From contig JAFGGC010000013.1 of NCBI GenBank assembly GCA_016930715.1, positions 7,796 to 71,795 on the forward strand: a stretch of DNA of 64,000 bases, written 5' to 3'. This DNA is from Endomicrobiales bacterium (GTDB lineage: Bacteria > Elusimicrobiota > Endomicrobiia > Endomicrobiales > JAFGGC01). Within the stretch, counting starts at the first letter, position 1, and each line of letters begins with the position of its first letter. A model generated the notes under the pieces. That model was not told the DNA's origin. It did no database searches and was given only the letters and a program-made list of their open reading frames with translations. The position numbers and the translations under genes were made by a program. Positions 26,407 through 34,242 of this stretch are shown in pieces.

Positions 26407-27294
26407 ATGCGCAATCACGCTTTTAAAAGATACGCGTCCATCCTCGCAATCCTGGCGCTGCTCGCCGCCTCGTCCGTTGTCGTCGGTTCTTTCAAGTACC
26501 CGTACCCGCTCGTGAAATTGACGAATCTTCCGCAGTACACGATGTTTGACCTTGGCGGCGTCCTTTTCGGGTCGAGGAGGTTCGCGGCGGATATCGCCTG
26601 GATTCAGCTTCTGCAGTATTACGGCTCACCTGAGGTGCCGCTCGACAAGGATACGACCTTCCGGCTTTCCTGGGATATGGTAAAGCACCTTGCGGGTATG
26701 AACGTGGAACATCATCACCATCACGGTCACGGACACGACGGACACGTGGAACTCGGCGAACACGGTGATCAGGGGGAACGTAAACCTGAAAGTGCCGGGA
26801 ACGCGCCCGACGAACCTCGTTCGGCGCAAAGCCGGTACCCGAGACTGCTCGGCCACTGTTACAGGGTGGTCAACCTGGACCCGTATTTTTCGTACGCTTA
26901 CCTTTACGGGGCGGGGGCTCTCGCGTGGAATCTTGAGCGGCCCGATGAGGCGATGAGGCTTCTTCAATCGGGCATTTCCGCCATGGAAAAATTCAGGGAA
27001 AACATAACCAAGGACGTGCAGCATCCGTTCTGGCAGTACCACCTTTACATGAGCGCGATCATTTACCGCAATTCGGGCGAGTTCGACAAGATGACGGGAG
27101 CCCTTGAGGTCGCGGTCAGGCAGCCGGGATGCCCCAATATGGTGAAAGCGGTGCTTGCCAATATCTACCAGAAAGAGGCAAAATACTACCCTTCGCTGAA
27201 GCTCTGGCTGGAAATATACGATTCAAAAGACCCTTTGTACGCGCCAAAATCGGAAAAAAAGATATTGGAACTTAAAGCCGTTTTAGGCATATAA
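26407..27294 (+). CDS. membrane-anchored helical-repeat protein with a His-rich insert
   Basis: N-terminal anchor ILAILALLAASSVVVG. Internal EHHHHHGHGHDGHVELGEHGDQ. The start is 7 nt after the permease stop. Confidence 0.6.
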   Translation: MRNHAFKRYASILAILALLAASSVVVGSFKYPYPLVKLTNLPQYTMFDLGGVLFGSRRFAADIAWIQLLQYYGSPEVPLDKDTTFRLSWDMVKHLAGMNVEHHHHHGHGHDGHVELGEHGDQGERKPESAGNAPDEPRSAQSRYPRLLGHCYRVVNLDPYFSYAYLYGAGALAWNLERPDEAMRLLQSGISAMEKFRENITKDVQHPFWQYHLYMSAIIYRNSGEFDKMTGALEVAVRQPGCPNMVKAVLANIYQKEAKYYPSLKLWLEIYDSKDPLYAPKSEKKILELKAVLGI

Positions 27295-27296
27295 TA

Positions 27297-27325
27297 TTGA
27301 CAAAAAATCGATTTTCTGGTAATAT
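27297..27325 (+). promoter_or_regulatory. sigma70-type promoter of tRNA-Asp
   Basis: ttgaca-N17-taatat, ending 13 nt before the tRNA 5' end. Confidence 0.6.
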
Positions 27326-27338
27326 GAAACTTCTTTTT

Positions 27339-27414
27339 GGGGACGTGGTGTAGCCCGGTTTAACACGCTGCCCTGTCAAGGCAGAGATCGCGGGTTCAAA
27401 TCCCGTCGTCCCCG
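27339..27414 (+). tRNA. tRNA-Asp (anticodon GTC)
   Basis: Acceptor ggggacg/cgtcccc, anticodon arm ctgcc-ctGTCaa-ggcag, T arm gcggg-ttcaaat-cccgt. Confidence 0.9.
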
Positions 27415-27576
27415 TTCAGCTCTATTAAATTCTTGCAAAGGGGAGAAGCAGGCAAACTGCTTTGCCTGCTTCGGGATTTGAAAGCCGGAGCGGTGTGCGA
27501 GTTTCCGCCAAAGGCGGAAGGCGAGCACCGCGAGGCGGGGTCGCGAAAATCCGCCGTCAGGCGGATTATTTGTGAC

Positions 27577-27598
27577 CAAATCCCGTCGTCCCCGTTCA
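27577..27598 (+). repeat. 22-nt direct copy of the tRNA-Asp 3' end
   Basis: caaatcccgtcgtccccgttca is identical to 27397-27418 (T-loop 3' half, T stem, acceptor 3' strand, discriminator and 4 trailer nt). Confidence 0.8.
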
Positions 27599-27623
27599 AA
27601 AAACGTCAACGGTACACCTGCCA

Positions 27624-28406
27624 ATGAAACCTGATAAATTCACCAAAATCGCGGTCGAGGCGGCTAAGATAGGCGGCGCGGTGCTTATGCGCCACTTCGA
27701 GAAAAACATAGCCGTTTCATACAAGGGGAAAATTGATCCCGTCACCGATGCCGACAAATCTTCGCAGAAGGCCATATCAAAGCATATAAACAAATACTTT
27801 CCGGAGCACACCATAATCGGCGAGGAGGACGACAAGCAGAAGATTTGCTCCGAGCACTGCTGGATAGTCGACCCGCTTGACGGCACGGTAAATTTCATAC
27901 ACAACATCCCTCTTTTCTGCGTTTCAATAGCTTTGCTCGAGAACGGTATCGTGAAATCGGGAGCCGTTTACGCGCCATATTTGAGGGAGATGTTCGTCGC
28001 GCAGGCGGGTTCCGGCGCCTGGTTGAACGGCAGAAGAGTGAAGGTGTCAAGGACGGACAGGCTCATAAGGTCCTTGGTCGTCACCGGGTTTCCGTATGAC
28101 GTGCATTCCGAAAGCTGTGACGTCATGAGGCATTTCAAAAGCATTGTCGTGGAAGCCCAGGGGGTGAGGCGGCTCGGTTCGGCCGCGCTTGACCTGTGCT
28201 ACGTCGCCATGGGGCGTTTCGAAGCTTTCTGGGAAAAGGGCCTGAAACCCTGGGACGTGGCCGCCGGGGCGCTCATGGTCCAGGAAGCCGGAGGCAAGGT
28301 CACCGATTACGCCGACGGCGGCGACTATATTTTCGGCAAGAGGCTCCTGGCAACTAACAATCTCGTGCACAACGAGATGCTGGGGCTTCTGGAAAACGAA
28401 TCATAA
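27624..28406 (+). CDS. inositol monophosphatase family protein (SuhB-like)
   Basis: IIGEE, WIVDPLDGTVNF and WDVAAG motifs. Confidence 0.85.
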   Translation: MKPDKFTKIAVEAAKIGGAVLMRHFEKNIAVSYKGKIDPVTDADKSSQKAISKHINKYFPEHTIIGEEDDKQKICSEHCWIVDPLDGTVNFIHNIPLFCVSIALLENGIVKSGAVYAPYLREMFVAQAGSGAWLNGRRVKVSRTDRLIRSLVVTGFPYDVHSESCDVMRHFKSIVVEAQGVRRLGSAALDLCYVAMGRFEAFWEKGLKPWDVAAGALMVQEAGGKVTDYADGGDYIFGKRLLATNNLVHNEMLGLLENES

Positions 28407-28416
28407 GGGGTTTGAA

Positions 28417-29061
28417 ATGCCGGCGGACGTCGCTGAAACGATAAAACGCCTCAAAAATAAATACCCGCGGGCAAAAATAGCCCTCGAACACGCCTCGCCG
28501 ATAGAGCTTCTCGTCGCCACCATACTTTCGGCTCAGTGCACGGACGAAAGGGTGAACATCGTGACAAAAAGCCTGTTTAAAAAATACAGGAGCGTTTCCG
28601 ATTTTGCCGGTGCCGAACTGCGGGGGCTCGAACAGGACATTCGTTCCACCGGCTTCTACAGGAACAAGGCGAAAAACATCATAGGCGCCGCGAAGATGAT
28701 TGTGGAAAAATACGGCGGAAGGGTTCCGGACACGATGGAAGAAATCCTCAAGCTCCCCGGTGTCGCCAGGAAGACGGCGAACATAGTCCTCGGCAACGCC
28801 TACGGGGTCGTCGCAGGGATAGCGGTGGATACTCACGTAAGGCGCATATCGAATCTCCTTGGGTTCACGAAGAACGAAGCGCCCGAAAAGATTGAACAGG
28901 ACCTAATGAAGATCGTCCCGCGCAAGGAATGGTTCGTTTTTTCCTACCTGATACAGAGCCTCGGAAAGGATGTCTGTAAAGCCATAAATCCGAAGCACGA
29001 ACTCTGCGCGTTGAAGGATATATGCCCTTCCGCCGGCATGTTGAACAGACGCAAAAAATAA
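28417..29061 (+). CDS. nth: endonuclease III
   Basis: ILSAQCTD, helix-hairpin-helix LPGVARKTANIVL, and a C-terminal Cys cluster C-x8-C-x5-C visible. Confidence 0.9.
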   Translation: MPADVAETIKRLKNKYPRAKIALEHASPIELLVATILSAQCTDERVNIVTKSLFKKYRSVSDFAGAELRGLEQDIRSTGFYRNKAKNIIGAAKMIVEKYGGRVPDTMEEILKLPGVARKTANIVLGNAYGVVAGIAVDTHVRRISNLLGFTKNEAPEKIEQDLMKIVPRKEWFVFSYLIQSLGKDVCKAINPKHELCALKDICPSAGMLNRRKK

Positions 29062-29192
29062 AAAAGATGTTGGCCAAAAATGTTATTGATTCCCCGCCTC
29101 AACGGCGGGTCAACAGTGAGTTCTGCCCGGTTTGAATTTTTTGTCCAAGTTATATCTATCGAGTTATCAATACATTTGGGGAGTTTAATAGT

Positions 29193-31058
29193 TTGAAAAT
29201 AATCGGTATCTCGGCATACTATCACGACGCCGCAGCCGCGCTTGTCGAAGACGGGCGGATTATAGCCGCCGCCCAGGAAGAAAGGTTCACGAGGAAGAAG
29301 CACGACCCTTCGTTTCCGTCGGGCGCGGTTTCTTTCTGCTTGTCGCGTGCGGGCGGTTCGTTCGACAATATAGACGCGGTCGTTTTCTACGATAAGCCCT
29401 GGCTGAAATTCGAGCGGCTTCTGCAGACTTACTATATCTTCGCGCCTCGGGGCCTGAGGTCGTTCATAGCTTCAATGCCGGTGTGGATAAAGGAAAAGAT
29501 ATTTTTGAAAGAGGTCATCTATGACGAACTTTCAAAGATGAAGGGTTTTGACAGGGACAGGGTGAAGCTCCTTTTTTCCGAGCATCATCTTTCCCACGCG
29601 GCGAGCGCTTTTTATCCTTCTCCGTTCGGGGAATCCGCGATACTGACGGTCGACGGGGTCGGAGAATGGGCGACCGCCTCCGTATGCCGCGGGGAAAACG
29701 AGGGCATAAAGGTTCTCAAGGAGCTCAAATTTCCTCATTCGCTCGGGCTTTTCTACACCGCCTTCACGTATTACCTGGGTTTCAAGGTCAACTCAGGGGA
29801 GTACAAGCTGATGGGTCTTTCTCCCTACGGCGACCCGGATTCGGAAAACTTCAAAAGATTCAAGCGGGCGATACTGGAGGAAATCGTCGATCTGAAGGAA
29901 GACGGTTCTCTTTTCCTCAATCAGGAATACTTCAACTACGCCGCCGGCCTGACGATGACTGACGACCGCGGGTGGAGGAAGCTTTTCGGGCTGGGAAGAA
30001 GGGTTCCAGAGTCGGAAATCCTGCAGGAGCACTGCGATCTGGCCCTTGCCGCGCAGAAAATCACGGAGGAAGCCGTCGTCAGGATGGCAAAGACCGCCAA
30101 AACCTTGACCGGTTCGAAGAACCTCGCGATAGCCGGAGGCGTTGGACTGAACTGCGTGGCCAACAGGAGACTGCTTGACGAGAAGATATTCGAAAACATC
30201 TGGGTCCAGCCGGCCGCGGGCGACGCGGGCGGAGCCGTCGGCGCTGCTTTGGCGGCCTATCATATACATTACGCGAAAAAAAGGGAAGAAACCGGCGGTT
30301 TTTACGACGGGATGTCGGGTTCGTATCTCGGGCCCGAGTATTCGGATTTTGAAATAGAGGAAAAAGCGAAAAAATTGGGAGCAAGATACAAGAGGGTTCA
30401 GGATTACGGGGAGCTTTGCGGGTTCGTGGCCGAACGCGTGGCCAGGGGCGGCGTCGTGGGATGGTTTCGCGGCCGGATGGAGTGGGGGCCGAGGGCGCTG
30501 GGCAACAGGAGCATACTGGGGGACGCGCGGAACAAGGACATACAGAAAAGGATGAATCTCAAAACCAAGTTCAGGGAAAGCTTCAGGCCTTTCGCGCCGT
30601 CTGTTTTGTTCGAGGAAACCGGCAAGTACTTCGAGGATACCGCGCCTTTGCCCTATATGATGTTCACGAGCGGCGTTAAAAAGGGCCGCAGGAACGCGCT
30701 GCCTGAAGATTACAACAAGCTCCCGATAAAGGATAAGCTGTATTTCACGAGGTCGGACATACCGGCCGTGACCCATCTTGATTTTTCCGCGCGCCTTCAG
30801 ACCGTCCACAGGCAAACCAATCCGGACTTCTGGAACCTGATGGAGGCGTTCAGGAAGAAAACGGGCTGCGGCGTGATGGTGAACACGAGCTTCAACGTCA
30901 GAGGGGAACCCATCGTGTGTTCCCCCGAAGACGCCTACAGGTGCTTCATGAAAACAGATATGGACCTGCTGGTAATGGGAAACTACGTGTTCGACAAAGG
31001 GGAACAGCCAAAACCGGACGAGACTGCTGACTGGAAGGAAGACCTCGTGATGGATTGA
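29193..31058 (+). CDS. carbamoyltransferase (NodU/CmcH family)
   Basis: TTG start. MKIIGISAYYHDAAAALVEDGRIIAAAQEERFTRKKHD, followed by a family-typical C-terminal half (GRMEWGPRALGNRSI). Confidence 0.9.
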   Translation: MKIIGISAYYHDAAAALVEDGRIIAAAQEERFTRKKHDPSFPSGAVSFCLSRAGGSFDNIDAVVFYDKPWLKFERLLQTYYIFAPRGLRSFIASMPVWIKEKIFLKEVIYDELSKMKGFDRDRVKLLFSEHHLSHAASAFYPSPFGESAILTVDGVGEWATASVCRGENEGIKVLKELKFPHSLGLFYTAFTYYLGFKVNSGEYKLMGLSPYGDPDSENFKRFKRAILEEIVDLKEDGSLFLNQEYFNYAAGLTMTDDRGWRKLFGLGRRVPESEILQEHCDLALAAQKITEEAVVRMAKTAKTLTGSKNLAIAGGVGLNCVANRRLLDEKIFENIWVQPAAGDAGGAVGAALAAYHIHYAKKREETGGFYDGMSGSYLGPEYSDFEIEEKAKKLGARYKRVQDYGELCGFVAERVARGGVVGWFRGRMEWGPRALGNRSILGDARNKDIQKRMNLKTKFRESFRPFAPSVLFEETGKYFEDTAPLPYMMFTSGVKKGRRNALPEDYNKLPIKDKLYFTRSDIPAVTHLDFSARLQTVHRQTNPDFWNLMEAFRKKTGCGVMVNTSFNVRGEPIVCSPEDAYRCFMKTDMDLLVMGNYVFDKGEQPKPDETADWKEDLVMD

Positions 31059-31066
31059 GGGTGCAT

Positions 31067-31423
31067 ATGAAAGCGAAAAACAGCATTGCCGTCATAGGAA
31101 TCATTTTCGGGCTGCTTCATATCGCGCTCGAGTTCCGGGTTCTTGCCTTTCTATGCCTGTTTTTTACGGCGGTGTTTTTGGCAGGAAGAGGGGCCTCGGA
31201 GCTGGTTTTCGGCCTGTGGACGAAACTGGCGCGGTTTCTTGGCAAAGTGAACGCGGCAATCGTTTTGTTCCTGATATTTTACCTTTGTCTGACCCCGATA
31301 GCCGTTTTATACAGGATTTTCAACAGGAAAGCCGCGGAACATTTCGTAAAAAAACGGATCGATACCTATTTTACAGGCAGGGAGCATTCTTACGCGCCGG
31401 AAGATTTCGAAAAAATGTGGTAA
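31067..31423 (+). CDS. small membrane protein (possibly SxtJ-like partner of the carbamoyltransferase)
   Basis: Three hydrophobic segments. GAGGG SD and ATG 31067 lie just after the carbamoyltransferase stop. The family call is from memory only. Confidence 0.45.
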   Translation: MKAKNSIAVIGIIFGLLHIALEFRVLAFLCLFFTAVFLAGRGASELVFGLWTKLARFLGKVNAAIVLFLIFYLCLTPIAVLYRIFNRKAAEHFVKKRIDTYFTGREHSYAPEDFEKMW

Positions 31424-31451
31424 ACCCCGTTATTTTCAATTAAAAGCGAAT

Positions 31452-31480
31452 TTGACTAATCACTACCGTTTTGTTAAAAT
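31452..31480 (+). promoter_or_regulatory. sigma70-type promoter; predicts a leaderless regulator mRNA
   Basis: ttgact-N17-taaaat. The ATG at 31489 is only 8 nt after the -10 and has no SD. Confidence 0.5.
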
Positions 31481-31488
31481 CTTCGGAT

Positions 31489-31890
31489 ATGAGCGGTAAA
31501 AAAGTCCTGATTGTTGACGACGACGCGACGCTCCTAGAGATGCTGCAGGGCGGGCTTGAAATGATGGGATATGCCGTTGATATAGCCGTCAGCGGCGATG
31601 AGATGGCGAAAAAAATTGAAAAGAGCCTTCCCGACGTGGTTCTGATGGACGTCAATCTGCCGGGTACGGACGGAATAATACTCTGCAGGAACCTGAAAAG
31701 TTCGCCCGACACGAAGGATATCCCGGTTATAATGCTTACGGCGTTCAACGACCAGAGAACCTATCATGATTCAATGCTTTTCGGGGCCACGGAGTTCATC
31801 GCGAAGCCCTTTGAAATGGAAGAGATCCTTAAAAAAATAGAACAATGCATTGCGAAGGCCAGGGTCAAGAAAGAATCGAAAGCCCGTTGA
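31489..31890 (+). CDS. single-domain response regulator (CheY-like receiver)
   Basis: KVLIVDDD, phospho-acceptor context VVLMDVNLPGTDG, MLTA, FIAKPF. Confidence 0.85.
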   Translation: MSGKKVLIVDDDATLLEMLQGGLEMMGYAVDIAVSGDEMAKKIEKSLPDVVLMDVNLPGTDGIILCRNLKSSPDTKDIPVIMLTAFNDQRTYHDSMLFGATEFIAKPFEMEEILKKIEQCIAKARVKKESKAR

Positions 31891-31950
31891 ATTATTTGCC
31901 CTCCCGCGGTGTAAATCGAAGCTAAAATATCGTAGCTGAGAGGTAAAAAA

Positions 31951-32226
31951 ATGATCACAGTTTTCCTTATTTGCGCCATCGTGTCGACCGTGTCTATCGT
32001 GGTTGCCGTAGTGTACCTGGTGATTACGCTCACCCAGGTCAAGAAGACTGCAGGGCAGGCCGAGATACTTCTTAAGAGCGTCAACAGCCAGGTCAATTCG
32101 GTTTCCCGCTTCACGGACAGCGTTTCCGAGTTCATGGACGGGTTCGGTTCCCGCTGGGCCCGGGCGGGCGGATGGTTGTCGGGCATTGTATCAAGTTTTT
32201 TCGCGAAAAAAGGTGGCAAGTCATAA
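31951..32226 (+). CDS. membrane-anchored helical protein (DUF948-like)
   Basis: N-terminal TM ITVFLICAIVSTVSIVVAVVYLVI followed by a helical region. Family call tentative. Confidence 0.45.
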   Translation: MITVFLICAIVSTVSIVVAVVYLVITLTQVKKTAGQAEILLKSVNSQVNSVSRFTDSVSEFMDGFGSRWARAGGWLSGIVSSFFAKKGGKS

Positions 32227-32291
32227 TTGCGCGCGCCGCCCGGCGGGACGGACGCATGCCGGACGCGGAAGGCGGTAAAAGGAGGCACGCT

Positions 32292-32576
32292 ATGTCAGAC
32301 AAAAATTCAGGAGAAGTAATACTGGCGTTCATTCTTGGCGCTGTTGTTGGAGGGGTCCTGGGCATGCTTTATGCCCCTGCGCCGGGAAAAGAAACCCGCA
32401 AGAAGCTTCACGAGCTCAGCGATGAGCTTGCCGAAAAAATGGAAGACATCGAAGGCGAAGTGAAGTCCAAAACAAAGGAAATAGTAGAAGAAGGCAGGGG
32501 CAAGATACATTCCACCAAGGAACGCATCGAGAACGCGTTTGAAGCGGGCCGCAAGGCTTTTGACAAGAAATCCTGA
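32292..32576 (+). CDS. YtxH-like protein
   Basis: ATG 32292 with a GGAGG SD. LGAVVGGVLGMLYAPAPGKETRKKL is the YtxH signature. Confidence 0.65.
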   Translation: MSDKNSGEVILAFILGAVVGGVLGMLYAPAPGKETRKKLHELSDELAEKMEDIEGEVKSKTKEIVEEGRGKIHSTKERIENAFEAGRKAFDKKS

Positions 32577-32604
32577 TGTACGGGATCGTAATAGATGATG
32601 AAGT

Positions 32605-32677
32605 GCTGGGGTAGCTCAGTCGGTAGAGCACAGGTCTGAAAAACCTGGTGTCGTCAGTTCGATTCTGACCCCCAGCA
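32605..32677 (+). tRNA. tRNA-Phe (anticodon GAA)
   Basis: Acceptor gctgggg/ccccagc, D arm gctc-agtcggta-gagc, anticodon arm caggt-ctGAAaa-acctg, T arm gtcag-ttcgatt-ctgac. Confidence 0.9.
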
Positions 32678-32680
32678 CAT

Positions 32681-32848
32681 TTTAGTTTGTCAAGCCGCCT
32701 CATTTTTCTATTGCGACAGCAGTATTTGGGCTGCGACTTCGTCAGCTTCGCCTCATGTAGCGTTGTGGCTGCACATCGGCTCAGCCTCCTCGTCTCGCCT
32801 CAGATTCTGCAGCCTCATAACGAAAAAGAAGCGGCTTGCCAAACTAAG
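32681..32848. repeat. 168-nt element bracketed by 18-nt imperfect inverted repeats, 4 nt after tRNA-Phe
   Basis: tttagtttgtcaagccgc (32681-32698) versus gcggcttgccaaactaag (32831-32848): 16 of 18 complementary. The interior has recurring gcctca words. Confidence 0.5.
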
Positions 32849-32949
32849 TTGCAGGCAACTTCAACATTAAATACCTGTGCGGTGTAAAATTGGTTAAAGT
32901 TGCTTTTTTACTAGCGACCAGGAACTATATACTAGTAACCGAAGTTGAT

Positions 32950-33021
32950 GCCGAGGTAGCTCAGCGGTAGAGCAACGGTTTCGTAAACCGTAGGCCGTGG
33001 GTTCAAATCCCATCCTCGGCT
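32950..33021 (+). tRNA. tRNA-Thr (anticodon CGT)
   Basis: Acceptor gccgagg/cctcggc, anticodon arm acggt-ttCGTaa-accgt, T arm gtggg-ttcaaat-cccat. Confidence 0.9.
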
Positions 33022-33246
33022 ATCAAACTCACAAATTTTGGCTGCAACGGCGTCAGGCTCCGGCTTATGTGTCGCGGTGCAGACACACCGCGCCGCCGAC
33101 TTTCTTGTTTCCCTCAAAATTTGAGAGTTTGAAAATGGAAGGGATTTGAAGCCGACCCGAGCGCCCCCGGCGGGGGAAGAGAGAGCGAAGCGAGCGGCAG
33201 CGAGGTCGGCAGGCTCCGAAGGAGGAGCAAAGCGACGGGTGAGGAG

Positions 33247-33263
33247 AAATCCCATCCTCGGCT
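33247..33263 (+). repeat. 17-nt direct copy of the tRNA-Thr 3' end
   Basis: aaatcccatcctcggct is identical to 33005-33021. atcaaa follows both copies, with a 1-nt offset. Confidence 0.7.
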
Positions 33264-33300
33264 GATCAAATAGAGAGCAAAAGGTAATCCTGGATCAGTC

Positions 33301-34242
33301 ATGAAATATATAACGAATTTGATACTGTTTGCAACTGTCTCGCTTGTTTTTATTTCCAATGCCCATTCCGCCGGCACGTCGGCTTTCAACTTCCTCAAAA
33401 TTGACCCTTCGGCCTACAACATGAGCATGGCCGGGACTTTTGCCCTCAAAGACCCGCAAAACGCTTCAAACAATCCTGCAGTGCTGCCGTTCGTTAAGAA
33501 TAGAGAGATAATCGTGGAACAGCTCCTGCACGTTTCGGATATAAACTACAGCTCGGTGAAGTACGTCCACCCGCTGGGCCGCCTGAGCGCCGTGCACGTG
33601 GGTGTCGGATATTTGGGAAGCGGATCGATGGTCAAGACCGTCTCGGCCGTCAACGACGACGGCTACGTAGAGGAGGGGAGTTTTTCCCATACGGACATGC
33701 TTGTCAGCGTGGGTTACGGGACGAAGTTGTCGTACGATTTCATGTACGGTTTTACGGTAAAGGCCCTGCAGGAAACGATTGACGGCAAGGCCGACGCAGG
33801 TTTCGCGGCCTCCCTGTGCGGGCTCTACAGCCCCTGGGACACAGGGTATGTTTTCACTTTCGGCGTGGTGGACGCCGGCCCTCAGGTCAAGGGCTACAAT
33901 ATGCCTACCGGAGGTTTCGTGGGCATGGGGAGGTCCCCGGCGCCCAACCTATACTGGGGGCTGGATTACATAACTTACGTGGACCAGGTATCCTACGTCA
34001 GGTTCGGCATAGACTATGAGGTGACTGATATATTCCATTTCCGGATAGGCTACAGGCACCCCTTCAAGGACAACGAGCTGGGCAAGTTCCCTTACGTCAA
34101 TCTCACGGGCGGGATAGGTGTGAAGATAAACGACGTATCCTTTGATTACGGATGGGTGCCGTACGGCGATCTGGGGCAGAGCCACAGGATCGCCTTGAGT
34201 TATAAATTCGACGAACCGCAAAAGAAGAACAAAAAGAAATAA
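33301..34242 (+). CDS. outer-membrane beta-barrel protein (PorV/PorQ-like)
   Basis: Signal peptide ending NAHSAG. GTSAFNFLKIDPSAYNMSMAG N-terminal motif. Alternating beta-strand pattern ending HRIALSYKF, plus a short Lys-rich tail. Confidence 0.6.
   Translation: MKYITNLILFATVSLVFISNAHSAGTSAFNFLKIDPSAYNMSMAGTFALKDPQNASNNPAVLPFVKNREIIVEQLLHVSDINYSSVKYVHPLGRLSAVHVGVGYLGSGSMVKTVSAVNDDGYVEEGSFSHTDMLVSVGYGTKLSYDFMYGFTVKALQETIDGKADAGFAASLCGLYSPWDTGYVFTFGVVDAGPQVKGYNMPTGGFVGMGRSPAPNLYWGLDYITYVDQVSYVRFGIDYEVTDIFHFRIGYRHPFKDNELGKFPYVNLTGGIGVKINDVSFDYGWVPYGDLGQSHRIALSYKFDEPQKKNKKK

Noticed and set aside
26701-26770. His-run (HHHHHGHGH) as an engineered affinity tag or cloning artefact.
   Set aside because: It is internal to the ORF, interspersed with Gly, Asp and Glu, encoded by mixed cat/cac codons, and flanked by native-looking sequence.
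27540-27598. A second, degenerate tRNA-like gene formed by the copied tRNA-Asp 3' end.
   Set aside because: A 5' partner ggggtcg exists, but the fold would be only 57 nt. It would have a 4-nt loop hairpin instead of an anticodon arm and essentially no T stem (2 Watson-Crick pairs).
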